Below, one piece after another: positions 1 to 9,013 of a stretch of 34,771 nt of DNA. The notes beneath the pieces were generated by a model. It was not told the origin of the DNA. It did not search any database and worked only from the letters and a program-made list of their open reading frames with translations. The stretch covers positions 1 to 34,771 of IMG/VR virus record IMGVR_UViG_3300043781_000064; one strand, given 5' to 3'. Position 1 is the stretch's first letter. Each line of letters starts with the position of its first letter. The translations under genes and the position numbers were made by a program. The DNA comes from a virus (Duplodnaviria > Caudoviricetes).

Positions 1-549
1 TTAGAAGTTAATGTTCATATCATAAGTATGATATTGGTTATCATCGTCAACATTATCGGTATCGTAGTTTGCATCAAATTTAGCGCGAACGGAATTTACG
101 CCTGAAACTTTCTGAACGGGTATCGATACCCAACCACTCTTCTTGACATGAGATGAAATTGATCCGTCCCAGTTTTCAAGACTATCAGCTTGGTGTTGTT
201 CTCCATTGCTAAAAGAGTAAGTACCTTGAGTAGGATAAATATTTACGTCCTTACTTCCGGTCTGAATTACATAGTGCAATCTGATGAAACCGTTAATTTT
301 AAATTTGCCATCATTTGCTGAATTATATTTATATTTTTTTGCTAGCTTAACGACTTGAATTTTGTTGACTTTTACATTTACACCAGACCAACTGCTGTCA
401 GATGCGTTTGTTTTATAAGTCTTAATTGACTTTGCGTTATAGGTATCGTAATCAAGGGTAAATTTTTTTGCAGATGCAGGTGAGACTGTAAAAATAAAAA
501 TTGAAACAAATGCAAGAATTGGTAGTAGAAACTTACCTATTTTTTTCAT
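1..549 (-). CDS. Secreted/surface protein of the lysogeny module (possible superinfection exclusion)
   Basis: GGAGG RBS before ATG at 549; MKKIGK-hydrophobic-ASA signal peptide; beta-rich mature domain. Function inferred from position only. Confidence 0.75.
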   Translation of the reverse strand: MKKIGKFLLPILAFVSIFIFTVSPASAKKFTLDYDTYNAKSIKTYKTNASDSSWSGVNVKVNKIQVVKLAKKYKYNSANDGKFKINGFIRLHYVIQTGSKDVNIYPTQGTYSFSNGEQHQADSLENWDGSISSHVKKSGWVSIPVQKVSGVNSVRAKFDANYDTDNVDDDNQYHTYDMNINF

Positions 550-570
550 AGTTATTCCTCCCAATGGTAA

Positions 571-598
571 CTTTTAACGTCGATCACGCTTGGACGTA
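571..598 (-). repeat. 28-bp direct repeat, copy 1
   Basis: CTTTTAACGTCGATCACGCTTGGACGTA, identical to 1566-1593; lies just upstream of the RBS of a - strand gene. Confidence 0.95.
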
Positions 599-672
599 AT
601 TCTATAAATAACGCGCATGGTCAGCTGATTTTAAATGCTATAATTAAAGAAACTAATGTTCGAGGTGTAAAA

Positions 673-831
673 ATGTCTGAGAAAAATCCGTTTGAAATTG
701 TTGATGGGCAGGTTATATTACATGACGAATTTCAAGGAATCGATAAGACAATTCTGAATTATGAACAGGTAGCTGCGATTAAGCTGCTCATTCAAAAATG
801 CAGTGGCAAAGAGAAGAGCCAAACGAATTAA
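673..831 (+). CDS. 52-aa hypothetical protein (not in ORF track)
   Basis: TGCTATAAT extended -10 near 636-644, GAGGTG RBS, MSEKNPFEIVDGQVILHDEF... Confidence 0.6.
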   Translation: MSEKNPFEIVDGQVILHDEFQGIDKTILNYEQVAAIKLLIQKCSGKEKSQTN

Positions 832-1190
832 GTTTCAAATAACATTTATTTAGTTTGAAGTTTTCATTTTCGCCTAAACTTATATCAACTTTTTGTTTAA
901 GAATATTTTCTAAGGCTTGATAACGAGATTCATATATAGGTGAAAAAAGCCAACTATCTTGCTTGTCGGGACTCTATGATTCCTAATGAATTAAAGATGT
1001 CAATAGTTTCATCTTTTCCAAACAGATATGATTCATCGTCAGTGCTGCATAAACAATTTGTTATTTTTCTGGTGGTAGCATTCTTATCGTTTTTAATAAC
1101 AAGATATCCGAATGGCATTTGTTGTAGTTGCTGTTGATAGATTATTTTGAGAAATTCAGCTTCTTTTTGGCCAAATTGTGCAACAATTAA
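788..1190 (-). pseudogene. 5'-truncated, frameshifted Abi-alpha (DUF4393)-like remnant
   Basis: IVAQFGQKEAEFLKIIY...TIDIFNSLGII, shift near 970, then ...YESRYQAL...LKLNSFGSSLCHCIFE*; resembles the C-terminal half of Abi-alpha by recalled motif pattern; no own start. Confidence 0.55.
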
Positions 1191-1549
1191 TTGTTGCTTT
1201 TTCGATTGACAATAAAATGCCAAATAAAGAACATTACCCCAATAATCAAAATGAGCCATGCCCATATTTGAAGATCTTTGTAGATTCCAACATTAAAAGC
1301 GCCAAGCATCCATGCAATGATGGCAATTACTAAACCAGCAATATCACCACCCATTTTTGGACTCTTACGAGTTGCTAAATAAACAATTCCGATAACAATA
1401 TATAGAATGGCAACAAAGACTCCAGCAGAGCCGCTGTGCGAATTGCTGTTAGCAAGAGCATTGCCGACACCGGCAAGCATGGATTGAAAGAAAATAATAA
1501 CGCCTAATACAATCATGATGATTCCAGAAACTAATTTTGTGGTTTTCAT
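1187..1549 (-). CDS. 4-TM membrane protein
   Basis: 120 aa, four hydrophobic segments, AGGAGG RBS. Confidence 0.85.
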   Translation of the reverse strand: MKTTKLVSGIIMIVLGVIIFFQSMLAGVGNALANSNSHSGSAGVFVAILYIVIGIVYLATRKSPKMGGDIAGLVIAIIAWMLGAFNVGIYKDLQIWAWLILIIGVMFFIWHFIVNRKSNN

Positions 1550-1565
1550 GATTTCCTCCTAATAG

Positions 1566-1593
1566 CTTTTAACGTCGATCACGCTTGGACGTA
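1566..1593 (-). repeat. 28-bp direct repeat, copy 2
   Basis: Identical to 571-598; between the ImmA stop and the RBS of the membrane gene. Confidence 0.95.
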
Positions 1594-1596
1594 TTA

Positions 1597-2031
1597 TTAG
1601 TATCTGTTTGAAATATAATAGTTGTGCACTTCTTCCCTGACTACATTGTCAAGGTAGCTTGGTACTTCGTATGATTCCATAAAATCATATACGTTTATGG
1701 TTTCTTTTGGCATGCCTTGGCAATAAAAAGGAACCATAAGCTTAACTGCGCCAGTGTTTGCTTTATATTCAACGGAGTGTTTGCCTGTGAAGGTAGCGTG
1801 GTAGAAGCAAATATCAGTTTCATCACCATTTAAGATGTGTGAAATTTCGTGAGCAAGCTGAAACGAAATTTCAGCAGGGCGATGCCAGTTAAGGTTCATG
1901 ACAATGCTGCGGTAATGGAGCGAACAGCCAGGCGGAGTTTCAGGAGCCAACTTATCGGTCCAGACAATATTAATATTATGGTTAAGGGCTACCTTTTCCA
2001 GATAGCTGCTAATCTCGGTCATTTTTACCAC
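1597..2031 (-). CDS. ImmA/IrrE family metallo-endopeptidase
   Basis: FQLAHEISH (HExxH) and downstream E..AN motif; near the repressor. Confidence 0.9.
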   Translation of the reverse strand: MVKMTEISSYLEKVALNHNINIVWTDKLAPETPPGCSLHYRSIVMNLNWHRPAEISFQLAHEISHILNGDETDICFYHATFTGKHSVEYKANTGAVKLMVPFYCQGMPKETINVYDFMESYEVPSYLDNVVREEVHNYYISNRY

Positions 2032-2133
2032 CTCGATTCTGATAGAAGCTTTCGTTTTATTGCTGTCTTGCTTTTCAAAGTGAGATCGTATTAATATAAA
2101 CTTAGGTCAAGAAAATGAGAAGGGGGGAAGACA

Positions 2134-2352
2134 ATGAAAAAAATATTTAGAGCAATTAAAGATAGGTTTGAATTAAGTGCTTTTATTTCTATCATAATTG
2201 CCATGCCAGTAGCGATAGCAGTTAAAGACTTCAACCCTGGCTTTTTCATGTTTTTTGTCTTTCCCTGCTCATTTATTTTTCTTCGGTATGATGATTCTTC
2301 TCATCAGTATTTGAAATATTGGGAGACTCATTTGAAATGGCGTTTCCACTAG
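2134..2352 (+). CDS. Small membrane protein, convergent with and overlapping the 357-aa gene
   Basis: G-rich RBS, two hydrophobic stretches; 3' end overlaps 2273-2352 in antisense. Confidence 0.45.
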   Translation: MKKIFRAIKDRFELSAFISIIIAMPVAIAVKDFNPGFFMFFVFPCSFIFLRYDDSSHQYLKYWETHLKWRFH

Positions 2353-3346
2353 TTTTAATTTCCAAGCCTAGCTTATCAGCTGGGCTATTTTTAATGGCTT
2401 TAAGTTGTTCCCTTTTAAGGGAAATATCGAGATGCTCACTATATCGATCCTGGCACCACTTAACAAGTCCTTGTTTTAGAAAATCAGTGCCTCCAAAAAG
2501 TATTAGAATCACAAAGGGATGACTATTTCCAAAACCCCAAAGTTTATCAATAAAAATACTTAATGTTTTTAAATTAGCAATGTTTGCAATGAAGGTGAAG
2601 AAGCCAGGTGAATGGATATCCGCTGTCATTTGGACGGTTTGTAAAATGGAATCATCTTTTGGAAAAATAGTTGCCCAGTCGCCCAGCGTTAAATTTCCAC
2701 CATGATTTGCATATATTCGAACGTAGATATTATTACTGTAAATGAAAATTGGTGAAATTAGCCCCATAAACTCTGTAAGATGTTGTTTATCATCAATATT
2801 AAAAAGGGCTTGATGAGCATTCAATACCCAAACAAGAGTGGAAGGTAGTTCTTCTCTTCTAATAGTAGAGATCCATTTTACACTCCTGCGTTTAATATAG
2901 TTAGAGATTGCGAAGTCTTTGCCATTGATTGGAGCATTTTTGATTCGTTCTTTGATGTAATCCGTATCTTCATCAAATGCATCGCTGGTAATACATCCAA
3001 TGGCAAAATGTGATGATCTTTTGCTTGGCACTAATACAACATCACCTATATGCATTCCAAACACGAAATGATAGGTCATATTGGATCGACCAGTTAAGCT
3101 TTGTTTGCTGATATCTGGATCATTGCTTTTCTCTTTAAAAATGTCCCTAATGGTTTCTACTGACTGAATACCTTTGATATTCAATACATCATCAACGTGA
3201 ACATTGTTATATCTGATCCCAACATAAGAATCGTCTATAAAATCTTCGAAATACTTTCCACCTTCAGCTCGTAAAAGCCAGAAGTGAGTATTAACATCGA
3301 ATTCTGGAATATGTACTTGTTTACTATTCATAATTTCAGTTTCCAT
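2273..3346 (-). CDS. Hypothetical protein with an N-terminal PUA/EVE-like domain (as at the N-terminus of some Mrr-type proteins); candidate defence gene
   Basis: FWLLRAEGG, MHIGDVVLVPS..FAIG.I, KRRSVKWI pattern; AT-rich; starts 3 nt after the CI stop. Confidence 0.7.
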   Translation of the reverse strand: METEIMNSKQVHIPEFDVNTHFWLLRAEGGKYFEDFIDDSYVGIRYNNVHVDDVLNIKGIQSVETIRDIFKEKSNDPDISKQSLTGRSNMTYHFVFGMHIGDVVLVPSKRSSHFAIGCITSDAFDEDTDYIKERIKNAPINGKDFAISNYIKRRSVKWISTIRREELPSTLVWVLNAHQALFNIDDKQHLTEFMGLISPIFIYSNNIYVRIYANHGGNLTLGDWATIFPKDDSILQTVQMTADIHSPGFFTFIANIANLKTLSIFIDKLWGFGNSHPFVILILFGGTDFLKQGLVKWCQDRYSEHLDISLKREQLKAIKNSPADKLGLEIKTSGNAISNESPNISNTDEKNHHTEEK

Positions 3347-3349
3347 AGT

Positions 3350-3679
3350 TTATTTTCTCCCACCGCGCAGCAGCCGTTTCATGTATTCCAGGTCCTGCTC
3401 AGGGATAGGCTTGCCTTCAAAAGTGAAGATGGTGTCATCATCAGCGAGATCTGCGGTTTTGAGAGCGTCTTCCTTGGGGTCGCGGCCGAGTAGGTAATCA
3501 GTAGAGACGTTAAAATAATTTGCCATTTTAACCAATGTTTCGTTATCAGGATTATTTCTATTATTTTCAAAGTGAGAATATGTGGACCTTTTAATGCCAA
3601 GCGCTTTAGCAGTCTCTTCCTGAGTTTTGTTTGTTTTTTCGCGTAAAAATCTTAGCGTGTCGCCAATCATTTGTTTCAC
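3350..3679 (-). CDS. CI-like XRE repressor
   Basis: HTH TQEETAKALGIKRSTYSHFENN, VSTDYLLG; divergent from Cro. Confidence 0.95.
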   Translation of the reverse strand: MKQMIGDTLRFLREKTNKTQEETAKALGIKRSTYSHFENNRNNPDNETLVKMANYFNVSTDYLLGRDPKEDALKTADLADDDTIFTFEGKPIPEQDLEYMKRLLRGGRK

Positions 3680-3728
3680 CTCTTCATAAATACAGTTTGA
3701 TTTTATAGATATATTATATACCGTAAGT

Positions 3729-3835
3729 GATACTGATTGTATCGTTTAAATAATTTGGTACTAAAAATATCAATAAAACTATTGACGGTACAAAAAGTAT
3801 CATGTAATATAAATACCGTTGGTACGAATGATACC
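3729..3835. promoter_or_regulatory. Genetic switch with four 15-bp operator-like palindromes
   Basis: GATAC-N5-GTATC 3729-3743, GGTAC-N5-ATATC 3757-3771, GGTAC-N5-GTATC 3787-3801, GGTAC-N5-ATACC 3821-3835. Confidence 0.8.
3782..3810 (+). promoter_or_regulatory. Early lytic promoter
   Basis: TTGACG-17 bp-TAATAT with an operator in the spacer. Confidence 0.75.
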
Positions 3836-3862
3836 AACTAGACGAATAAGAGAGGTGAGACG

Positions 3863-4111
3863 ATGAAACGTGCTCGATTGCGTCAAGAACGCTTGGAACG
3901 CGGGATGTCATACCAAGATGTGGCAAATGAACTAGGTATTTCAAGCGTTTACGTTCGAAAAATCGAGTCTGGAGATCGTAACCCGGGGTTTGTTACAGCG
4001 CTTCGCTTTGGAAACCTATTCGGAGTAGGTGCTAAGGAACTGTTCCCGGATATTTTTTTACAGGCTTATGATACAAAACGTACCAAAGAAGGAGACAAAA
4101 ATGGAAAATGA
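3863..4111 (+). CDS. Cro-like HTH regulator
   Basis: MSYQDVANELGISSVYVRKIESGDRNP; GAGGTG RBS. Confidence 0.9.
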   Translation: MKRARLRQERLERGMSYQDVANELGISSVYVRKIESGDRNPGFVTALRFGNLFGVGAKELFPDIFLQAYDTKRTKEGDKNGK

Positions 4112-4913
4112 TATTCAACTGTTCAGTTTCGATAATCAGCAAGTGCGAACTTTAGTCATTAACGACCAACCATATTTCATCGGCAAAGACGTAGCCGAGA
4201 TTCTAGGATACAAGAACACCAAAGATGCTTTAGCTAAGCATGTTAATGACGAAGATAAGCTGAGGTCGCGGATCGCGACCTCAGGTCAAAACCGCGCCAT
4301 GACAGCAATTAACGAATCTGGTCTCTACGATTTAATTTTCGATGCCAGCCGTCAAAGCAAAAACCCAGACATCCAGAGACGAGCTAAGAAGTTTCGGCAT
4401 TGGGTAACATCCGAAGTGCTCCCGTCTATCCGCAAGCACGGAGCTTACATGACGGACGAGAAAATTGAGGAAGTATTACTTAACCCAGACACGATTATCA
4501 AGCTGGCAACGGAGCTTAAGGCTGAGCGGGAGCGTCGATCAATTGCTGAACAGCGAGTCAATGAATTGACACCTAAAGCCAGCTACTACGATCTTGTGCT
4601 GAGCAATAAATCGTTGGTCACAATCACTCAGATTGCCAAAGATTATGGCATGAGTGGTCAGGCAATGAATCATAAGCTACATGATCTAGGCGTTATTTAC
4701 AAGCAGGGCGACACTTGGCTGTTATACAGCAAGTATCAACGGACTGGTTGGACGCATTCAGAGACGATCATGGTGACTAAATCAGACGGCACTCAGAAAG
4801 CCGTCATGCATACCAAATGGACGCAGAAAGGACGGCTTGGGCTGTATGAACTGCTTAAACGGCATGGCATCCTTCCACTAATCGAAACCGCAGACGAAAA
4901 GAAGGGAGCATAG
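4101..4913 (+). CDS. Phage antirepressor (BRO-N plus ANT/KilAC)
   Basis: YFIGKDVAEILGY, INESGLY, FRHWVTSEVLPSIRKHGAY, TKWTQKG; AGGAG RBS before ATG 4101. Confidence 0.93.
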   Translation: MENDIQLFSFDNQQVRTLVINDQPYFIGKDVAEILGYKNTKDALAKHVNDEDKLRSRIATSGQNRAMTAINESGLYDLIFDASRQSKNPDIQRRAKKFRHWVTSEVLPSIRKHGAYMTDEKIEEVLLNPDTIIKLATELKAERERRSIAEQRVNELTPKASYYDLVLSNKSLVTITQIAKDYGMSGQAMNHKLHDLGVIYKQGDTWLLYSKYQRTGWTHSETIMVTKSDGTQKAVMHTKWTQKGRLGLYELLKRHGILPLIETADEKKGA

Positions 4914-4917
4914 CTAT

Positions 4918-5100
4918 ATGAGAACTGTTGAAGAATTTGAGAAGGCAACTGCTAAGTGCCAAAAGCCAATGTCCGATTACTCACGGATCATTGTTGAGAC
5001 AGACGAAAAAAGCCCCAAGACCTTAGCGGTGATCACAGATGACGACTGTGAAACCGTAGAAGGCCTCAGGGTACGGTTTATGCCAATCTATAAGGATTAG
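4918..5100 (+). CDS. Hypothetical protein
   Basis: 60-aa ORF with RBS in the early operon. Confidence 0.7.
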   Translation: MRTVEEFEKATAKCQKPMSDYSRIIVETDEKSPKTLAVITDDDCETVEGLRVRFMPIYKD

Positions 5101-5324
5101 TCCTTATCTTTAGGAGGCATTGGGTCATTACCATACGAGTTCTTTAAGTTAATCTGACCGTTGCGCTTCTGACTAACCAACTCAGCATGATTATTAATAG
5201 CTTGTTGACGACCTGCTTTAATAGCTTCTGATTTGGTGCTGTAGATTTTAGAAGCACGAGTACTTCCGGAACTCTTAACAGCCCAACCGTTTGAACGAGG
5301 ACTGACCCAAATTTGCTTTGGCAT
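5097..5324 (-). CDS. DUF2188-like protein
   Basis: WAVKSSGSTRAS..STKSEAI...RNGQI...SYGNDP; AAAGGAGGTG RBS. Confidence 0.85.
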   Translation of the reverse strand: MPKQIWVSPRSNGWAVKSSGSTRASKIYSTKSEAIKAGRQQAINNHAELVSQKRNGQINLKNSYGNDPMPPKDKD

Positions 5325-5381
5325 TTTGTCACCTCCTTTCACTAGGAGATAAATCAATTGTAGCAGAAAGGAGATGTAGGA

Positions 5382-5636
5382 ATGAGCCCGTATCGGTATC
5401 AGCTGAACAAAGCAGAGTTCATGTCTGAATGGCATGACAGCAATGGTCAGCCAATGTCTGAGTCAACGTATCAGCGAAGGCGGCGGGAAGCCACTGACTA
5501 TCCAGACGGATGGCGTGTTTTCCTGCCAGATGGTCGCGTTGATATTCAAGAGTATCAACGTTTTATGACCTGGTTGGCAAAGAAGAAGCACGATAAGAAG
5601 CAAGACCCTCGCTTAGTCGCATATCAAAAGTATTAG
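5382..5636 (+). CDS. Small DNA-binding protein (possible excisionase)
   Basis: 84 aa, MSESTYQRRRRE helix; usual position after the antirepressor. Confidence 0.6.
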   Translation: MSPYRYQLNKAEFMSEWHDSNGQPMSESTYQRRRREATDYPDGWRVFLPDGRVDIQEYQRFMTWLAKKKHDKKQDPRLVAYQKY

Positions 5637-5715
5637 GAGGAACAGCATGGACTTATAGTGGACCACAGCATCTTAGCTAATCGCATTACGAAACTAGAGA
5701 ATGAGGTGAAACGAT

Positions 5716-5934
5716 ATGAACAACGTTACCCGAATTAACTGGATTGTGCTTGCCTACCTGGCTATCTGGAGCTGGGTAGACGGTTTCACTACGACCGCCT
5801 TTGTGCTGACTGTACTGGTCAGCTTCGAAGCGCTGTGGAAGCCATTTGTTAACTCTAGTCTGGCCGTTAAGCTGTTCGGCACAGAAACGATGGCTATGTT
5901 GCAACAAAAAAACGTTACTGGCCGCCACCAGTAA
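5716..5934 (+). CDS. Small membrane protein
   Basis: GAGGTG RBS, two hydrophobic segments. Confidence 0.7.
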   Translation: MNNVTRINWIVLAYLAIWSWVDGFTTTAFVLTVLVSFEALWKPFVNSSLAVKLFGTETMAMLQQKNVTGRHQ

Positions 5935-5970
5935 CGCTCACAGAAAAATATTCTACAGGAGAAATTATAT

Positions 5971-6189
5971 ATGAGTTTGTCGCCAAACGAAAGGGCATTG
6001 ACAGATGAAGTGCTCCAACAACTATCGGCTGCTACTAAGTGGCTGTTGCGGGCCTACAGAGCTGAGGAAGACAACGATGCATTAACCGATCTGTCAATTG
6101 CGACAAGAATGTTGGAATTGGCTCAGGAACCATTGCTGAACGCAAAACGAATGATTAAAACTCGGAAGGAGCAAGACAACAATGACTAA
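5971..6189 (+). CDS. Hypothetical helical protein
   Basis: AGGAG RBS; overlaps the RecT start. Confidence 0.7.
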   Translation: MSLSPNERALTDEVLQQLSAATKWLLRAYRAEEDNDALTDLSIATRMLELAQEPLLNAKRMIKTRKEQDNND

Positions 6190-7126
6190 TCAATCTAACC
6201 AAATGGCAGTAATGCAGAAGGATATCACAGATCAAGTATCGAATCGTATTAGTCAGCTACAAGACGATGGCTTGGCTTTGCCAAAGGACTATAACCCGCA
6301 GAACGCCTTGAAGGCAGCTTGGTTTAAGTTGCAGCAGACCAAAGACCGGTCTAATCGACCAGCATTGCAAGTCTGCACACGGTCATCAATTGCCAATGCA
6401 CTGCTAGATATGGTGACACAAGGGCTTAGTCCTGCCAAGACGCAATGCTACTTCATTGTGTACGGCAATGAAGTTCAATTACAACGGTCATACTTCGGCA
6501 CGATTGCTGCAGTTAAGCGACTGTCTAGTGTCAAAGATATCGATGCCCAAGTAGTTCATCAAGGCGATGAATTCGCTATTGGTGCTGATGAGCTTGGCCG
6601 AATTAAGGTTACCAAGTTCGTTCCAAAGTTTGAAAACCTTGATAAGCCAATCAAAGGTGCGTTTGCCTTTATCGAATTGGCAGACGGTCGGGTTGACTAC
6701 ACCGTCATGACACAAAAGCAGATTCAGACGAGCTGGGGACAATCACGTCAGCACAACGTACAGCAGAAGTTTGGGGATGAGATGGCCAAACGGACGGTCA
6801 TTAATCGAGCTGCCAAGATGTACATCAATACGTCTGATGATAGTGACCTACTGACTGGCTCGATCAATACGGTTACGGCTAATGAGTATGAAGATGAGCC
6901 TGAGCGTAAAGACGTAACACCAGAAACCCCAAAATCTACCGCAGATAAGCTCGTGCAGGGATTTAAGAAGGAACAGGCGCAAATCCACGAAGAAGAAAAA
7001 CAAGCCGCTGAGAAAGCACCAGAACAAGAATCAGTAAAGGAGAGCGAACAGGATGGCAACCAAGAAGCAGATGGCCAAACCGACATCTTTGACTACATCG
7101 AAGACGATCAAGCTGACGAAAAGTAA
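6182..7126 (+). CDS. recT: RecT-family single-strand annealing protein
   Basis: SIANALLDMVTQGLSPAKTQCYFIVYG, EMAKRTVINRAAK; acidic tail. Confidence 0.92.
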   Translation: MTNQSNQMAVMQKDITDQVSNRISQLQDDGLALPKDYNPQNALKAAWFKLQQTKDRSNRPALQVCTRSSIANALLDMVTQGLSPAKTQCYFIVYGNEVQLQRSYFGTIAAVKRLSSVKDIDAQVVHQGDEFAIGADELGRIKVTKFVPKFENLDKPIKGAFAFIELADGRVDYTVMTQKQIQTSWGQSRQHNVQQKFGDEMAKRTVINRAAKMYINTSDDSDLLTGSINTVTANEYEDEPERKDVTPETPKSTADKLVQGFKKEQAQIHEEEKQAAEKAPEQESVKESEQDGNQEADGQTDIFDYIEDDQADEK

Positions 7127-7925
7127 CTATTACAGTCATGATACCGACTTCCAGTATATGTCGTTTTCGGTGTTCAGAGACTTTGAGCAGTGCGAGGCGG
7201 CTACTCTGGCCAAGCTGAAAGGCGACTGGGAGCCAACAAGCAATCCTGAGCCGTTGCTGGTCGGCAACTATGTTCATTCGTACTTTGAAAGTCCTGAAGC
7301 TCATCAAGAATTTGTTGAAGCCAATAAAAGCGAGATGCTTTCATCTCGTGGCGAAACGAAGGGCCAACTGAAGAGCAGCTATAAAGTTGCTGATGACATG
7401 ATTAAAGCGCTCAGTGAAGATGACTTCTTCAATTACGTGTACGCACCAGGCGACAAAGAGGTCATTGTCACTGGCGAGCTGTTTGGTCATCAATGGAAAG
7501 GTAAAATCGACAGTCTTTGTCTTGATCGTGGGTACTTCTGCGATTTGAAGACAGTCGATGACTTCCACAAAGGACACTGGAACCCAGTACTGCGGCAGAA
7601 AACCAATTTTGTCGAGGATCGTGGCTATCACATGCAGATGGCCATCTATCAGGAACTGATCAAGCAGACGTTTGGTATTGACTGCCAACCATATATCTTT
7701 GGCGTATCAAAACAGGTGCCACCAGACAAGATCGCAATCAGCTTTGATGGCGATGGCGAGTTTCTGATGCAGGAAGCTCTGGAGAAGATCAGCAATGAAC
7801 AAGATCATTTCTGGCGTGTGTTGATGGGTGAGGAACCGCCTAAGGCGTGCGGCAAGTGCGAATACTGTCGGCAAGGCAAACAGCTGGCAGGATTTACAGA
7901 GGTTAGCAGCATCGAGATCTCATAG
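7053..7925 (+). CDS. PD-(D/E)XK exonuclease (DUF3799/RecE-like)
   Basis: KGKID..DLKT, YHMQMAIYQE, C-terminal CGKCEYC; paired with RecT. Confidence 0.85.
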   Translation: MATKKQMAKPTSLTTSKTIKLTKSNYYSHDTDFQYMSFSVFRDFEQCEAATLAKLKGDWEPTSNPEPLLVGNYVHSYFESPEAHQEFVEANKSEMLSSRGETKGQLKSSYKVADDMIKALSEDDFFNYVYAPGDKEVIVTGELFGHQWKGKIDSLCLDRGYFCDLKTVDDFHKGHWNPVLRQKTNFVEDRGYHMQMAIYQELIKQTFGIDCQPYIFGVSKQVPPDKIAISFDGDGEFLMQEALEKISNEQDHFWRVLMGEEPPKACGKCEYCRQGKQLAGFTEVSSIEIS

Positions 7926-7939
7926 AAAGGGTGAGAGTA

Positions 7940-8671
7940 TTGGGCAAGCGAGTCGTCAATGATAATCGGCGCGGATTCAAGGGTGTATGGATCCCCGCTG
8001 AATACTGGCTTGATGCCAATCTGACCATGTCAGAAATTAACATGATCACTGAAATTGATAGCCTGGACAACGGCAACGGCTGCTATGCCAGCAACAAGCA
8101 TTTTGCAGAATTCTTTGGCGTGACAAAGGGCAGAGCATCACAAATCATCGCTAGCCTAAAAGCTAAAGGATATATTTCAATCAGTTATGATCGAGATGGA
8201 AAACAGATCACCAGACGCGTGATTAGGGTAGTTAATAAATTAAATAGGGGTATTAAGAATACTAAACCACCTATTAAGAATACTAAACAGGGGTATTTAG
8301 AAAATTGTGAAGAGAGGAATACAGAATTAGGAATACATCTAGGTGAGAGAGAGAGGATTAAGCAGCCTCTCAACACAAACGCTAAGATCTCTCTCTTATC
8401 ATGGCCAGACAGCTTGGGTGCCATGACTGACCAGATCAGCAAGCTGCTGCTAGATGCATCTGATCAGGGGATGAGCATTGATCTGCTGCAGAAGGCTGTC
8501 GACATCACCAAGTATGCAGATCCTGGAACGCCATATGGCTACTTAAAGTCAGTCGTGAGTGATTGGCTGAGTCAAGGTATCTACACGATGCAGGACTGGC
8601 AACGGCATCAGCAGAAAAAACAAGCTGCTAAGCATCGGGACATCCCTGATATTCCTATCTACAAGATTTAA
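7940..8671 (+). CDS. Phage replication initiator (HTH plus DnaD-like C-terminus)
   Basis: GCYASNKHFAEFFG HTH; YLKSVVSDW..QGI.T motif; internal iterons; likely TTG start at 7940. Confidence 0.85.
   Translation: MGKRVVNDNRRGFKGVWIPAEYWLDANLTMSEINMITEIDSLDNGNGCYASNKHFAEFFGVTKGRASQIIASLKAKGYISISYDRDGKQITRRVIRVVNKLNRGIKNTKPPIKNTKQGYLENCEERNTELGIHLGERERIKQPLNTNAKISLLSWPDSLGAMTDQISKLLLDASDQGMSIDLLQKAVDITKYADPGTPYGYLKSVVSDWLSQGIYTMQDWQRHQQKKQAAKHRDIPDIPIYKI
8247..8300. repeat. Iteron-like repeats (putative replication origin)
   Basis: TATTAAGAATACTAAAC at 8251-8267 and 8272-8288 (21-bp period), flanked by GGGGTATT, in the AT-rich linker of the initiator. Confidence 0.75.
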
Positions 8672-8683
8672 AGGAGAACAGCA

Positions 8684-9013
8684 ATGTTGACTGAACAATT
8701 TTACAAACACTGGAGTGGCGACAAGTTAGACAGTATCCAGTGTGATACTCGATTTGTGGACGATATTAACGATGATCTGCAGTATTTTATCGATGCCGAA
8801 ACGGGGATGTGCTGTGATGATGGCTACACGCGAGACGAGCTTTCGCTTTACGTGGACGACGACAAACTGATTGACGAAATCATGAATGTTGCCTGCCATC
8901 GCTATGGATGTGAGATGTTTGGGGATGAGATACGCGCTGAGCATCCAGAACAGGTCTTGCAAGCCATGATGACTGTCTATGCCTGGATTGTATTTAGTAA
9001 GGAGGTGAAATGA
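8684..9013 (+). CDS. Acidic hypothetical protein
   Basis: AAGGAG RBS, 109 aa. Confidence 0.75.
   Translation: MLTEQFYKHWSGDKLDSIQCDTRFVDDINDDLQYFIDAETGMCCDDGYTRDELSLYVDDDKLIDEIMNVACHRYGCEMFGDEIRAEHPEQVLQAMMTVYAWIVFSKEVK

Noticed and set aside
571-1593. 28-bp repeats as CRISPR repeats or IS ends
   Set aside because: Two copies about 1 kb apart in direct orientation; no cas or transposase gene
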